A DNA stretch of 32,000 bases from Promethearchaeota archaeon (GCA_016933055.1 JAFGBS010000001.1:240001-272000); one strand, 5' to 3'. Positions 10,583 through 21,095 are shown, counted from the stretch's first letter. Translations and numbers: made by a program. Notes: generated by a model from the letters alone, not told the origin.

Positions 10583-11269
10583 ATGAATAAAAAATACATA
10601 GCTTATCTTGTGCTTGGAATTTTTTTGATCGGTGCAGTAGCAACCCTTTCAGCTTCTATGGTAGCTGCTCAAGGAGATGTCGAAGTCGGTCAAAATACCT
10701 ATCAAATCAAGCAACAAGCTGGTGAAGAATACACATACAGATTCAGAATGCGTACACGTCTTCGTATAAATAGTTCAGCACCTGTGGATTTAAATATGGA
10801 CGTTGACGCATTAAATATCGGAGAGCACACCTTCTCAATTCGAGTTCTAAATGCAACACAGGAAATTGAGATGAATATGACTTGCAAGCAGAACACCTAT
10901 GAGTTAGGCATCCAAAATGGTTCCACCTTCCGATACCAAGAAAGAAATCAAGTACGAAGTGGTTTTGCAATTCAAATCCAGACCAATATGACTGTAAAAG
11001 CTCGAATAGGATTTGAAATGACTCAAGGTGAAGCCCGACGAGCCAATTGGGCTTATTTTGATGAGGGAACTGAAGAATGGGTAGCAGTGGAGTCTTCATA
11101 TGAAGATGGTGAGTTAGTTGCAGAAACCGAGCACTTCTCAGTATGGACAATTGCGGAAAGTAATATCATCAGCGCTGGAATATGGGCTGTTATTGGTGTC
11201 GGAATTGTTGCAGTTACCGCTTTAGCAGTAATTCTAATCCGAAAGAAGAAAGTACAAGTAATTCAATAA
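10583..11269 (+). CDS. Secreted, C-terminally membrane-anchored surface protein (cassette 1)
   Basis: Signal peptide (MNKKYIAYLVLGIFLIG...AAQ), beta-rich ectodomain, then a C-terminal TM followed by IRKKK. Confidence 0.8.
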   Translation: MNKKYIAYLVLGIFLIGAVATLSASMVAAQGDVEVGQNTYQIKQQAGEEYTYRFRMRTRLRINSSAPVDLNMDVDALNIGEHTFSIRVLNATQEIEMNMTCKQNTYELGIQNGSTFRYQERNQVRSGFAIQIQTNMTVKARIGFEMTQGEARRANWAYFDEGTEEWVAVESSYEDGELVAETEHFSVWTIAESNIISAGIWAVIGVGIVAVTALAVILIRKKKVQVIQ

Positions 11270-11283
11270 ATAAAATCATAATA

Positions 11284-11293
11284 TTTTTTTTTT
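11284..11293 (+). terminator. Oligo-T terminator between the surface gene and the regulator
   Basis: T10 tract 15 nt after the stop at 11269. Confidence 0.5.
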
Positions 11294-11317
11294 ATATTTA
11301 ATACAGAGGTTTAATCA

Positions 11318-12505
11318 TTGAAAACCCAGAGTCGATATCTAAAAATCATACTATTTTTGACCATCTGCTTAGTCCTATTATGTGGATTCCCCTTTGCTTT
11401 TGGTGGTAGACCAGTAAATGTCAATGGATTTATGAAGCAAGATCGAATTAAAGGAGGAGAAGGATGGGTCAACTATTCATTTAAGGAAAACAATAATCTG
11501 GATATTATTTCCAATGTCGATTTAGATGTAGATTTACAATTCAATGCTCAATTAAAAAACCGACATATTTCATTTAATGTAACTGACTCAGCGTCAGCAA
11601 CCATAACTATTGACACACAACTGTTTTCAGAACGTTTTAGCCAAAATAAAATAAAACAAGCACGAAATAGGTATCAGAATCGATGGGGTTCCTATATTCA
11701 TATTCAAACAAATCGATCAATTGATATATTGGAGATTTCAGTTATTGTGAATGAGTCTCAATTAGTTGCATCAGATGCCATTTGGGCGATTTATAATGAG
11801 ACAGAGGGTTGGACTTTATTAAATACAGTCCAATCTGATGAAAGTGTTAATACAACTATTACGTCTACTCCAACAGATATTTTCTTATCAGTTTTCGCAC
11901 CTGTGTTAAATACTACCCCCTTTATACTTATCGGGTCGATTGTTGGCGTAGTAATTATTTCCCTCACAATTTTAATGAGTAAAGCTGAATATCGGGAATA
12001 TGTCCGAAACCGAATTATCAGACAACCCATGAAATATACTTTATCCATTGATGATGTACTAGAAAATGAAAATCGATCAAAGATTATCGATTTAATAATC
12101 GATTCTCCTGGAATTCATTTCAATGAGCTTTTAAGACAGACAGAACTTAGTCCTGGGAATCTCGTATGGCATTTGGATGTATTAGAAACCTATCGCATAA
12201 TTGGAAAGAAAAATGTGGGTCAGTATCTCATCTATTTTCCTTACTATGAACACAATCCTATGTCAAATATCAATATAAAATTATCAAAAAGTGATACTAC
12301 CTTGCAAATTCTCTCTCTTATTGAAGAAAATCCAGGGACGTATGCGAATGAAATCGCTGACAAACTTGATCTGGATCATAAAACTGTTAAGTATCATATA
12401 GAAAAATTAAAAGAGAATGAATTGATAGAGGATAAGAAAATCGGACGTAAAAAATTATTGTATCCCCATCTAAATATCAATAAACTATACAAAAATAATA
12501 ATTAG
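11318..12505 (+). CDS. Membrane-spanning transcription factor: signal peptide + ectodomain + TM + tandem winged-HTH (COG3398-like)
   Basis: TTG start, N-terminal hydrophobic leader, TM at about 11921-11974. Two wHTH units follow: SKIIDLIIDSPGIHFNEL...NLVWHLDVL and ENPGTYANEIADKL...TVKYHIEKL. Confidence 0.85.
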   Translation: MKTQSRYLKIILFLTICLVLLCGFPFAFGGRPVNVNGFMKQDRIKGGEGWVNYSFKENNNLDIISNVDLDVDLQFNAQLKNRHISFNVTDSASATITIDTQLFSERFSQNKIKQARNRYQNRWGSYIHIQTNRSIDILEISVIVNESQLVASDAIWAIYNETEGWTLLNTVQSDESVNTTITSTPTDIFLSVFAPVLNTTPFILIGSIVGVVIISLTILMSKAEYREYVRNRIIRQPMKYTLSIDDVLENENRSKIIDLIIDSPGIHFNELLRQTELSPGNLVWHLDVLETYRIIGKKNVGQYLIYFPYYEHNPMSNINIKLSKSDTTLQILSLIEENPGTYANEIADKLDLDHKTVKYHIEKLKENELIEDKKIGRKKLLYPHLNINKLYKNNN

Positions 12506-12638
12506 AGCACCCCTCTAAACTATCCTTTCTGTACTACAATTGAGGACGAAATGAATCGATGATAAAATGCGATTAGGTTCAATCATCAAATCTTCTTAAT
12601 CATCAGCTTATTTATTGTAATTAATAGGATTTTTCAAC

Positions 12639-12921
12639 TAATCAAATTAAGTGCTATGGTATCCTACCTTACCTAACGGTTAGGTCTCTATTTTTAATTC
12701 TGCTGTAATTTAGAATCTTATTCTCTTAATTACGCTAAAAGCTTATTACGTAGTTCTATACCTGAGGATACGAACAATTGTAGGTTTTAGCATAGGGGTG
12801 CCTAAGCACCCATAAGGGTGTTCTATAGAACACCTTTTTGACGTTCGGTAGAGTTTTATGATAGTTTTACGTAGTTCCCTTTTACTTTTTAATTTAAAGG
12901 GTGGAATAAGTGTTGTGATTA
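12639..12921 (-). repeat. Structured non-coding repeat, copy A
   Basis: On the minus strand it starts TAATCA and ends TTGATTA. It shares colinear blocks with copy C (22/25 and 23/27 nt identical). Hairpins at 12796-12811 and 12817-12834. Confidence 0.75.
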
Positions 12922-13340
12922 GTCAACATCTATTCCGTGTTATCTAAAAATTTTCCCTTAGGTGAATAGAGGGTATATAATACGAAGTGCGATCCATTTG
13001 GTGTAAAATCAATATATACATGCGTCATGCTACGCATTCGGCTTTAGCGTGCGTGCTCAATAGAACACGTGATAGGGATCTTCCAATTGGACCACGTTCC
13101 CGCACTTCTTACTTAAGTATTCTACATCTGTTCGGGGTATTTAAACGAATCACGATATGTTACCAATCGTGTAACACCTATCCATCAGATGTCTTAGGCA
13201 AACTCGGATAGAAAAACCTATCAATCGTATTATTGGATCGTAATTTGATTCTGATTTATACGGTTGACGGTGTTTTACGATAGTATCATGTTGAAGGACT
13301 TCAATTTTTGATGGATAGACCCGTATAGATGTTGATTACA
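12920..13340 (-). repeat. Structured non-coding repeat, copy B, bounded by imperfect terminal inverted repeats (MITE-like)
   Basis: TAGTCAACATCTAT at 12920 and ATAGATGTTGATTA at 13325 are inverted (13/14). An ACTATCGTAA block lies about 55 nt from the right end. Several internal hairpins. Confidence 0.65.
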
Positions 13341-13492
13341 GAAAAAAATATTGAAGAAGGAATTATTCCACAATCTACAATACGGTTTTTTTCACATTTT
13401 TTAAATTCTGATTGTAAAATCAAATTGAAAATTCCTCTAAACAAGTTGTTTTTTCGAGTTAGATTTTATTTCTTTTTCATAACTAGTTATAA

Positions 13493-13879
<387 letters not shown>

Positions 13880-13920
13880 ATAAAAGAAAGACTACAATGA
13901 TTATTTAAAATTGAATATTA

Positions 13921-14175
13921 TGTAATCAACATCTATTCCGACCTTTCGAGCGAATAGGTAATCCCAAACACTTAAAACTATCGTAATACTCCACCGAATT
14001 GGAAAAGTTGCAACGTGACCAAAACCTATCCCATAGGATAGGTGGGTTTAAGGAACACCTACGGTATAACCTATGAATCTGTTCGACCAGAATAGAGGAA
14101 TAGGCTTATAGCGTAGTTAAAAGAAGAAGGTGTTGAAAACATCTAAACCCTAAAGGATAGCGTGGAAATTGATTA
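13921..14175 (+). repeat. Structured non-coding repeat, copy C
   Basis: Starts TGTAATCAACATCTATTCC. Blocks at 13974-13998 and 14099-14125 match copy A. Perfect hairpin ACCTATCC-CATA-GGATAGGT at 14024-14043. Ends TTGATTA. Confidence 0.75.
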
Positions 14176-14217
14176 ACAAAAATAAGTAAGAAAAAATATG
14201 GAGTTATTCTGAATTAA

Positions 14218-15231
14218 CTAACTGCTATTGCATGTACAGTTACCACAAGAGCAAGTACAGCTGTCGCTACAATTTTGAGTGCAACTGTCACAACAAGATT
14301 GACAAAAACTTTCAGCGCAGCGTGCTGTGCAACGTTCACAACAAGTTTCATCCTGTAAAATACTACTAATAGTACCACCGCCGGATGCAGCAACAAAACT
14401 GCAAGCGCTATTAAATCCTAAGATTACTAGAATTGAAGCAAGAACACTTGCTGCAGTCTTTGTTGTAGGTGCGTTTAATGAAATGATACTTTGCCTTGCA
14501 CATTTCGCACAAAATGATTGCGATTGCATAGCATACCGGACTACTGCATCAAATGCATTCTGGGAGGGCATTTTTTTCAAAATTGTGTTATTAACTGATT
14601 CTTGTATGGTTTGAATATCCCGCTGCAAAATCTGTATATTGTGATTAAAATAAGGGAGCACCTCTTCCTTGTTCATATAATGAAACGGATTGTATTTATG
14701 TAATTTCTTATCTATATCATAATCCTTAATCATATCCCTTAATGTGACAATTGTTCCGATTTTTTTGCCATACTCGAACATTATTTGGGCATATTTTCTA
14801 GCTTTTCCACTACCGATCGCTGCCCAGTAGAAGAAAAAGCCGTATCCGGAGCCTGCCTGTTCACAATATTCCATAGGTGTATATCTTCTCGGTTTAAATT
14901 CCATCTTAAACACACGATTTTCAATCGCGGTGTACTGTTTTTGAATGGAGTATGGATTACCGACTATTTGTGTCCCAATTTTATCCAGAAATTTGTATAC
15001 TAAAAATTTTAATTTTGATGGAACGGATTCTGGATGGAGAATATAATTATACTGGCTTTCGAATCGATTATCTTTCAATTTATTCAACAAAGACGTTCTG
15101 AAAGCATAACGAGCAAATCCCAAAGCAAAGGATTTGGAACCACCCATTTGAAGGATGAAATTTTCTATACCCACACATTTTTGGTGCAGAGAACATTTTG
15201 ACGTATCAAGCCCACGAAACATACATTCCAA
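14218..15231 (-). CDS. DUF5685-like protein with a TM segment and Cys-rich C-terminal tail
   Basis: GTIVTLRDMIKDYDIDKKLHKYNPF resembles the DUF5685 'D..D...D......NP' motif (from recall). Hydrophobic segment, then 14 Cys in 38 aa. Confidence 0.55.
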   Translation of the reverse strand: MECMFRGLDTSKCSLHQKCVGIENFILQMGGSKSFALGFARYAFRTSLLNKLKDNRFESQYNYILHPESVPSKLKFLVYKFLDKIGTQIVGNPYSIQKQYTAIENRVFKMEFKPRRYTPMEYCEQAGSGYGFFFYWAAIGSGKARKYAQIMFEYGKKIGTIVTLRDMIKDYDIDKKLHKYNPFHYMNKEEVLPYFNHNIQILQRDIQTIQESVNNTILKKMPSQNAFDAVVRYAMQSQSFCAKCARQSIISLNAPTTKTAASVLASILVILGFNSACSFVAASGGGTISSILQDETCCERCTARCAESFCQSCCDSCTQNCSDSCTCSCGNCTCNSS

Positions 15232-15350
15232 TTATTTATCACCGTTAGAATTAACAATGAAATAGTTATTTATGTATTTGTATTCGTTAGGAGTCGAACT
15301 CTATAAACCCCATTTTAAAAATGTCCCGCAAGTGAATTTAAGGTCCTATT

Positions 15351-16856
15351 TTAATCTGAATCTTCTGGAATGTTTGTATACAATAACAATTTTCTGCCTT
15401 TTTTCTGGATTCTAATTAACCCCACATCGGATAGTTTATCAATATGGTATTTTACAGTTCTATGGTCTAGTTCCATTCTATTTGCGATTTTACTGGGATA
15501 TGTACCAGGATTATCCCCGATTATTTCAAAAATTTCCAAAGCAGTTTTGCTCTTAGCAATACTTTGATTGAAATCTGCAAAAGGATTTTTATCTATATAT
15601 GGGTAAAACACCAGATAATTTCCTACTCGTGCTTTTTTAATGATTTTATAGGTTTCTAGTATATCCAAATGCCATGCTAAATTACTTGCTGAAGTCTCCG
15701 CTTTACGAAAAAGTTCTTTGTAATGAATACCTGGTTCATCAATAATCAAATCTAAAATTTTATTTCTCATTTCATTTTCAAATACTTCTTCTACCGACAG
15801 CATATGGACACCTTTATTTATGTATAATACTCGATTAAGGATGAATTCCCGATATTCGGTTTTACTCATCATAAGACCGAATATACTCAAAATTACGATA
15901 GAGCTTACGATTCCAATTATTAACCACAATGATGGGGAATAAAAGAATTTCAAAATACCCTCTAATCCTGTCTTTGGATCGTGGTATATACTATTTCCCC
16001 TTTCGTACGTAAAATACAATAATTGAGTTATCTCCTCGCCTTCAAATTCAGTTTCTACGGTAGAATTTACCGAGCTTTCTATACCATCTACTATGGCGAA
16101 TGTTTTCCAAGAAAAAAAACCACTATAATTGTTTTCAGTGGTTATTTTATAGGAATCTTCATCATCATCAAATCCATTCTCTTCATCTTCTGTTTCGTCA
16201 TCCTCTTCATATTCTTCTTCAGCTTCTAATTGAACTGCTAAACTGAGCTGACTATCTCCTTGAATATAAGGAAACTCATTGATTTCAAAATCGATTTTTA
16301 CTTCTGTTGGAGCAAGAAGTGATTGATGAATTTTTTCAAATTGCTCCGAAACATAGAGATGTAAGGTAAAAACGCCATCCTGACTAGTTGTATTAATATA
16401 GAATACCTTGGATTCCACTACTCCGCCAATCTCTCTGTATTGAGGATGAGTAAAATCTTTCAGTAAATATTCTTGAATAACCGTGTCATTTTCTTCATTA
16501 AAATATCCGTCCCCATTATCGATAAACTCAAAAATTCTATCAATATAAATTTCAAATTCTAACTCCGATTCTCCTGAACCAGATTCATTCTCAAATGATA
16601 TTTGAATTTTTATTCCATCAGATAACTCTACAACATAATTTATCTCATTGGATACGTTTTCGATTTCTTTTGATATTGAGTTGATTTCTATTTTGTTCGA
16701 CTCAATATCAAAGGAAATTAATCGTGCGTTTTCTCTCTCGAATTTATCATCAACACCATCACCATCATCATCGTCTGCATGAACTATGGAAACAAGACTG
16801 GTTGAAATTAAAAGTCCAATTAACATTGCAAATAATCTTTTAATTCTTGTTTTCAT
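15351..16856 (-). CDS. Membrane-spanning transcription factor: signal peptide + acidic ectodomain + TM + tandem winged-HTH (cassette 2)
   Basis: Likely start is MKTRIK at 16856 (ORF extends to 16871). TM is LWLIIGIVSSIVILSIFGLM. The C-terminal wHTH pair is clearly homologous to 11318..12505. Confidence 0.85.
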   Translation of the reverse strand: MKTRIKRLFAMLIGLLISTSLVSIVHADDDDGDGVDDKFERENARLISFDIESNKIEINSISKEIENVSNEINYVVELSDGIKIQISFENESGSGESELEFEIYIDRIFEFIDNGDGYFNEENDTVIQEYLLKDFTHPQYREIGGVVESKVFYINTTSQDGVFTLHLYVSEQFEKIHQSLLAPTEVKIDFEINEFPYIQGDSQLSLAVQLEAEEEYEEDDETEDEENGFDDDEDSYKITTENNYSGFFSWKTFAIVDGIESSVNSTVETEFEGEEITQLLYFTYERGNSIYHDPKTGLEGILKFFYSPSLWLIIGIVSSIVILSIFGLMMSKTEYREFILNRVLYINKGVHMLSVEEVFENEMRNKILDLIIDEPGIHYKELFRKAETSASNLAWHLDILETYKIIKKARVGNYLVFYPYIDKNPFADFNQSIAKSKTALEIFEIIGDNPGTYPSKIANRMELDHRTVKYHIDKLSDVGLIRIQKKGRKLLLYTNIPEDSD

Positions 16857-16944
16857 AATATTCAAGCTCATACTTTGACCGTAGTAAAAAAAAATGGTAT
16901 CAAATTATACATAAAATTTCCTCCAATAAAAAAAGGACAGAATT

Positions 16945-18000
16945 TTATTTTCTTTTCCGAACACCAACTACCACTAGGACAACAATTGCAATAACAGCTA
17001 CTGTACCTCCAATTAACAATCCTGTAGTCAACCAATTTATCCGATTAGCAGTTAATACTGCAAATCCGACCTTCGGATCATGGAAAATATGGTCTCCTCG
17101 AACATAGTTGAAATAGATACGTTCTTCCTCCGGATCATCATCATCTTCTCCAATAGGGGTTGTCTCAACGGTTTGCTCAACTCCATCTACTAAAGCCCAG
17201 TCTGCCCATGTGAAGAACCCATTCTCACCTTTGATTTTAGTCTTTACCCCTTCTTCATTTTCTGACCACCCTTCGTCTTCATCATGTGTTTTGGATTCAT
17301 ACTCATACTCAAATTCTGATTCGAGTTTGATATATAGAGCCAGTTGGGAATCTACTTCAAGATAGTTAAAATTGGTGATTTCTATGTCAATTTTTGCTTG
17401 CATAGGAGTCACTAACACACCATCAACTATTTCGAATTCTTCAACAATTCGAACATGAACAACAAATATATCGTCAGTAGTGTTAATCTTTACATAATGC
17501 AGGGTATTACCACTCTCTAAGATCTCGTACATATATTCGATTGGTTTGAATGAGGTAAGTCCGTACTCTTGAATGAATTCATCTACATCATCGCCATCAT
17601 AAATGTTGTTACCATTTAAATCCACAAATTCGATGAGTTTTTTGAATTTTACTTGAAACTCAAATTCCGATTCCTCTTCAATCTCAGATCCTCCGGTTTC
17701 AATTTCAACTTCCGATGAAAACCCTACTTCAATTTCGATATAATCGGATAGTTCTATGTCGATTTCAAACTTATCTTCTTGTTCTTTATTTTTTGAAACT
17801 GAATTGATTTCTACTTTATCACTTTCGACATCAATTTCAATTTCTCTTTCTTCTTGTTCTTCATAATCATCATCTACTCCATCACGGTCATCATCACGGT
17901 CATCATCATTTTCACCTGTATCTGCCATTGCGAACGAGATCGTAGATATAAGTAAAAATCCGACCATGAAAAGAGTTAGCAATCTTATTTTTGTTTTCAT
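16945..18000 (-). CDS. Secreted acidic surface protein with C-terminal TM anchor (cassette 2)
   Basis: Likely start is MKTKIRLL at 18000 (ORF extends to 18072). Signal peptide, very acidic ectodomain, then TM followed by RKRK. Confidence 0.8.
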   Translation of the reverse strand: MKTKIRLLTLFMVGFLLISTISFAMADTGENDDDRDDDRDGVDDDYEEQEEREIEIDVESDKVEINSVSKNKEQEDKFEIDIELSDYIEIEVGFSSEVEIETGGSEIEEESEFEFQVKFKKLIEFVDLNGNNIYDGDDVDEFIQEYGLTSFKPIEYMYEILESGNTLHYVKINTTDDIFVVHVRIVEEFEIVDGVLVTPMQAKIDIEITNFNYLEVDSQLALYIKLESEFEYEYESKTHDEDEGWSENEEGVKTKIKGENGFFTWADWALVDGVEQTVETTPIGEDDDDPEEERIYFNYVRGDHIFHDPKVGFAVLTANRINWLTTGLLIGGTVAVIAIVVLVVVGVRKRK

Positions 18001-18164
18001 TTTGGTATCACTGAGATCAAACAATATTTGAAGTGTATATAAGCGGTTAGGGACGATTTTCCCGATTTTCATTTAGAGAAAAAAATCTAAATTGTCTTTT
18101 TTAATAATTGTGCACCAAACAAATTAGTTATAATTTCTAATTTATGCTGAGATGGTAAGATTTC

Positions 18165-19676
18165 ATGAAACTAAAATTCTTCACATTAGGGATATCCCCT
18201 CTTTTCGCAATGCTAGGATATTTTATGGTGAAACTTGCATTATCCAGTTTTCGATTATTTGGCTTAGCAGGATTATCTCTTATTGGATTTGGGATTCTTC
18301 TTATATTTGGGTTGATAGGTTTCTTTTTTGTTTATAATTTCTCTATTGTAAAATTCATTGTGGGAATTGTACTCGGAATTTGGATGATTTTCACAATTTT
18401 AATTGGTTTTCTTCACATGTTTCAATATTTTCACCTATTTTCACTTACCGGATTGTGGGAGGGTATATTCGGTGTTTTTTTAATTCGGGATTCGATTCAT
18501 GAACGGAAAATGAAAAAATCAAGAAAGAAAACCAGTTTCAAGACTAAGCAAACAAAAATCAAGGCTATTTCACTTTCAGTGATGTTCCTACTTGGTGCAA
18601 TATTATTTGTATCACCCTTTTACAGCAAAAAAACATATACATTTGAAGTCACTGATACTCAAGCACAAAATTATGAATTGGTGCTGTATCTGCCTGCGAC
18701 GACGGAAGCAGTTAATGCATGCAGAGATGCAAATGCCACACTTTCATTCAATATGGTTCAAAGTTTATTCAATATCAGCAATCCCACCGGAATGGATTAT
18801 GCAAATATCGTGGATTATGCAAACCAAGAAGGTGTTTCTATTGAGATATGGCCTTTATTCGATTCTGGGGGGTATCATTATATTTCTGCTCGCAATACTG
18901 TGCATCTATGGGCATTATATCATGACTTCCATAATTGGACGGAATATCATAACATAACTGTTGATTATGTCTTATGGGATATTGAAGATTGGATTCAAAA
19001 AGAAGACTTAAATTATACAGGTTGGGCATGTAATATCCCCGTTCTGAATACAATAGGAAATCTCAGCATGTATGGAATAATATTTCAAGAAAATTTAAGA
19101 AATTGGTCGACAATCATTGATGAATAGAAATCTATGGCAATACAAGCATTGAGTGACGGACATGTTATGCGGGGGACCGTTAATCCCCGATCGTGGGACT
19201 ATGCAGATGGGGATTTAGATCTGAGTATAGCTTATCACATGCCTTCATATGAATTACTTCCTGAATTTCAATATGTTTCTTCCATGGTATACACAGGTTG
19301 CGAATGGGGCCTTGCAGCAAAAGGTGCTGGGCCTGAATACGTATATCAGAGTCTTACTCAAATAAAACGGGTAAATTCTGGACCCTTGGCTATATGTTTA
19401 GGATGTCTGAATTATATCCAATACCAAAATATTTCTGCAGTAAAAAATGATGTCATGCTTGCGATAGCAGCGGGAGCAGATGCAATAAGGTTATTTCAAG
19501 GGGGATCGTGGGTGAACGGATGGATTGGTCCCGCACATGGATATCAAGGCTTACTTGATTTATTACTCGCGTGCCGTACTGGCGGGACTGGTTCCTACAC
19601 ACATACCGGTGTGCTTGACTTAATGTATGTAGGAGGTACAATCGCTGATATATTGGTAGATTTTTTTAGAATATAG
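18165..19676 (+). CDS. Membrane-anchored protein with a putative glycoside-hydrolase-like barrel, interrupted by an in-frame TAG (pseudogene or readthrough)
   Basis: 18165..19127 and 19134..19676 are in the same frame, separated by TAG AAA TCT. About 5 N-terminal TM segments; VDYVLWDIE resembles a DxxxxDxE catalytic strand. Confidence 0.55.
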
Positions 19677-19684
19677 ATGATCTT

Positions 19685-20011
19685 ATGGAGTTCAAATCTG
19701 AATCTGATTTTGAGAAAGTATTGGGAAAGCAAATCACAATCGTTGGAAAAATATCCGCAATTATCTGGTAGCACATGATTGTTTTGCAACCAGAATATCC
19801 AGAAATTTCACATTTTTCACTTTTGGATGATGACGGTGAGGAATATCATCAATTAGTTGTGTATTCAAAAGAAATTCTTCCTAAATTCTCTAAGATAACA
19901 TTAGTAGGGAGAATGGTTAAAAGTGAGGGAGAAGCGAAACATCCGAATAGTGCAAAACACAAATACAACTACGAATATCAATTCATCGCAGATAAAATGA
20001 TTAAAAAATGA
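19685..20011 (+). CDS. Small hypothetical beta-rich protein interrupted by an in-frame TAG at codon 29
   Basis: ATG 19685 reads MEFKSESDFEKVLGKQITIVGKISAIIW*HMIVLQPEYP... in frame with the 19775..20011 ORF. Confidence 0.55.
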
Positions 20012-20090
20012 AAAATGAATTAGATGAACTAAGGAATAAAAAACTTAAGAAAATACTATATATTCATGGCATTTCTCTGTCGAATTCTCT

Positions 20091-20501
20091 CTATTTATTC
20101 CGTTTATTTATAACATAAGCAACAAGAAACAATACTCCTGTTAATAGAAGTGGAGTTGGTATTAGAGTGGCAGCGATAAATTTATTTGTTCCAGAGGTGT
20201 TATAGATCACAATTCCCCAAATAAGCGGCCAGAATATCGTCCCGATTAGTCCTATCAGTTCATTGAACCATGCAATTATAAAAAAAACAATCCATATTGA
20301 AATAATAATCAAAGTGGGGTATATTTCTGTGGTATCACTCGTTATCGCATACGGATCCTTTTCTCCGAAAAGATTACCAACTGCAATGAAAATGAAAATT
20401 AAAATAATCACTAACCCAATACTTCGACCCATCCATGAAAATACTCGTGATGTTTTTCGATTTGATTTATGGATTTTCACAATTACAATTGGATGGTTCA
20501 A
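20091..20501 (-). CDS. Small membrane protein (about 4 TM)
   Basis: 136-aa ORF with four hydrophobic segments and a basic C-terminus. Confidence 0.6.
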   Translation of the reverse strand: MNHPIVIVKIHKSNRKTSRVFSWMGRSIGLVIILIFIFIAVGNLFGEKDPYAITSDTTEIYPTLIIISIWIVFFIIAWFNELIGLIGTIFWPLIWGIVIYNTSGTNKFIAATLIPTPLLLTGVLFLVAYVINKRNK

Positions 20502-20549
20502 TAATTAAAATTCATTGGTACTAAAAAAAGTAAATATATTATTAGTTAT

Positions 20550-20640
20550 TAGTCAACACCTATCCTAACTTATCCGGACATCCAAGGATGTGTAATTAAA
20601 CACATTAACAAAATACTATCATATAGTACCCTAAAGAAGC
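20550..20640 (+). repeat. Partial/divergent copy D of the structured repeat
   Basis: TAGTCAACACCTATCC start, hairpin ACATCC-AA-GGATGT, then ATACTATCATA about 65 nt downstream. Confidence 0.45.
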
Positions 20641-21095
20641 GAGAGGGGCTTTATATTTTTCTACAATTATGTTTCTCATAGGAGATGGTGTTGCTAGTGC
20701 GGGGAATCATGTAGTATTGTTTGAAATTATCCCAACGCATGCGTCATGGCATAGTATCGCAGTGTTTGGGTTCATTTTATTATGGTATTTTAATAATGTC
20801 TGTTTTAATTTCATATTAAATGGGGGGAGTAATCTTTTTTTACCGAAGCTAACCGGTAAAATTTTCCCTTTTTTCTCCTTAGTACTGTGCGGTCATCTTC
20901 CTTCCCCCCAAGAATCCATCCAAAAATCGATTTTTGCATGCTATTATCAAGAATGCTAACTAAATTTCCATCGCACAGTATAATTAATCCTTTATTCATC
21001 TAATTATATGAAAAAAATAGAAAAAAATGTGATTAGGATCGACAAATGTAGATTAGATCTAATTTTATTGTAATTAAGAAATTGCAGTTGTTTAT

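Noticed and set aside
15291-15302. GAGTCGAACTC as a tRNA T-loop
   Set aside because: No cloverleaf in the flanking sequence.
18165-20011. Genome-wide TAG reassignment (e.g. to Gln)
   Set aside because: TAG terminates well-conserved genes at their expected ends, for example etfB at 28497.
20669-20999. Overlapping ORFs 20669..20959 (+) and 20811..20999 (-), including an NTAILCHDAC segment in another minus frame as a possible HNH remnant
   Set aside because: No convincing family motif, and the Cys/His spacing does not fit HNH. It may be a decayed gene but cannot be supported.
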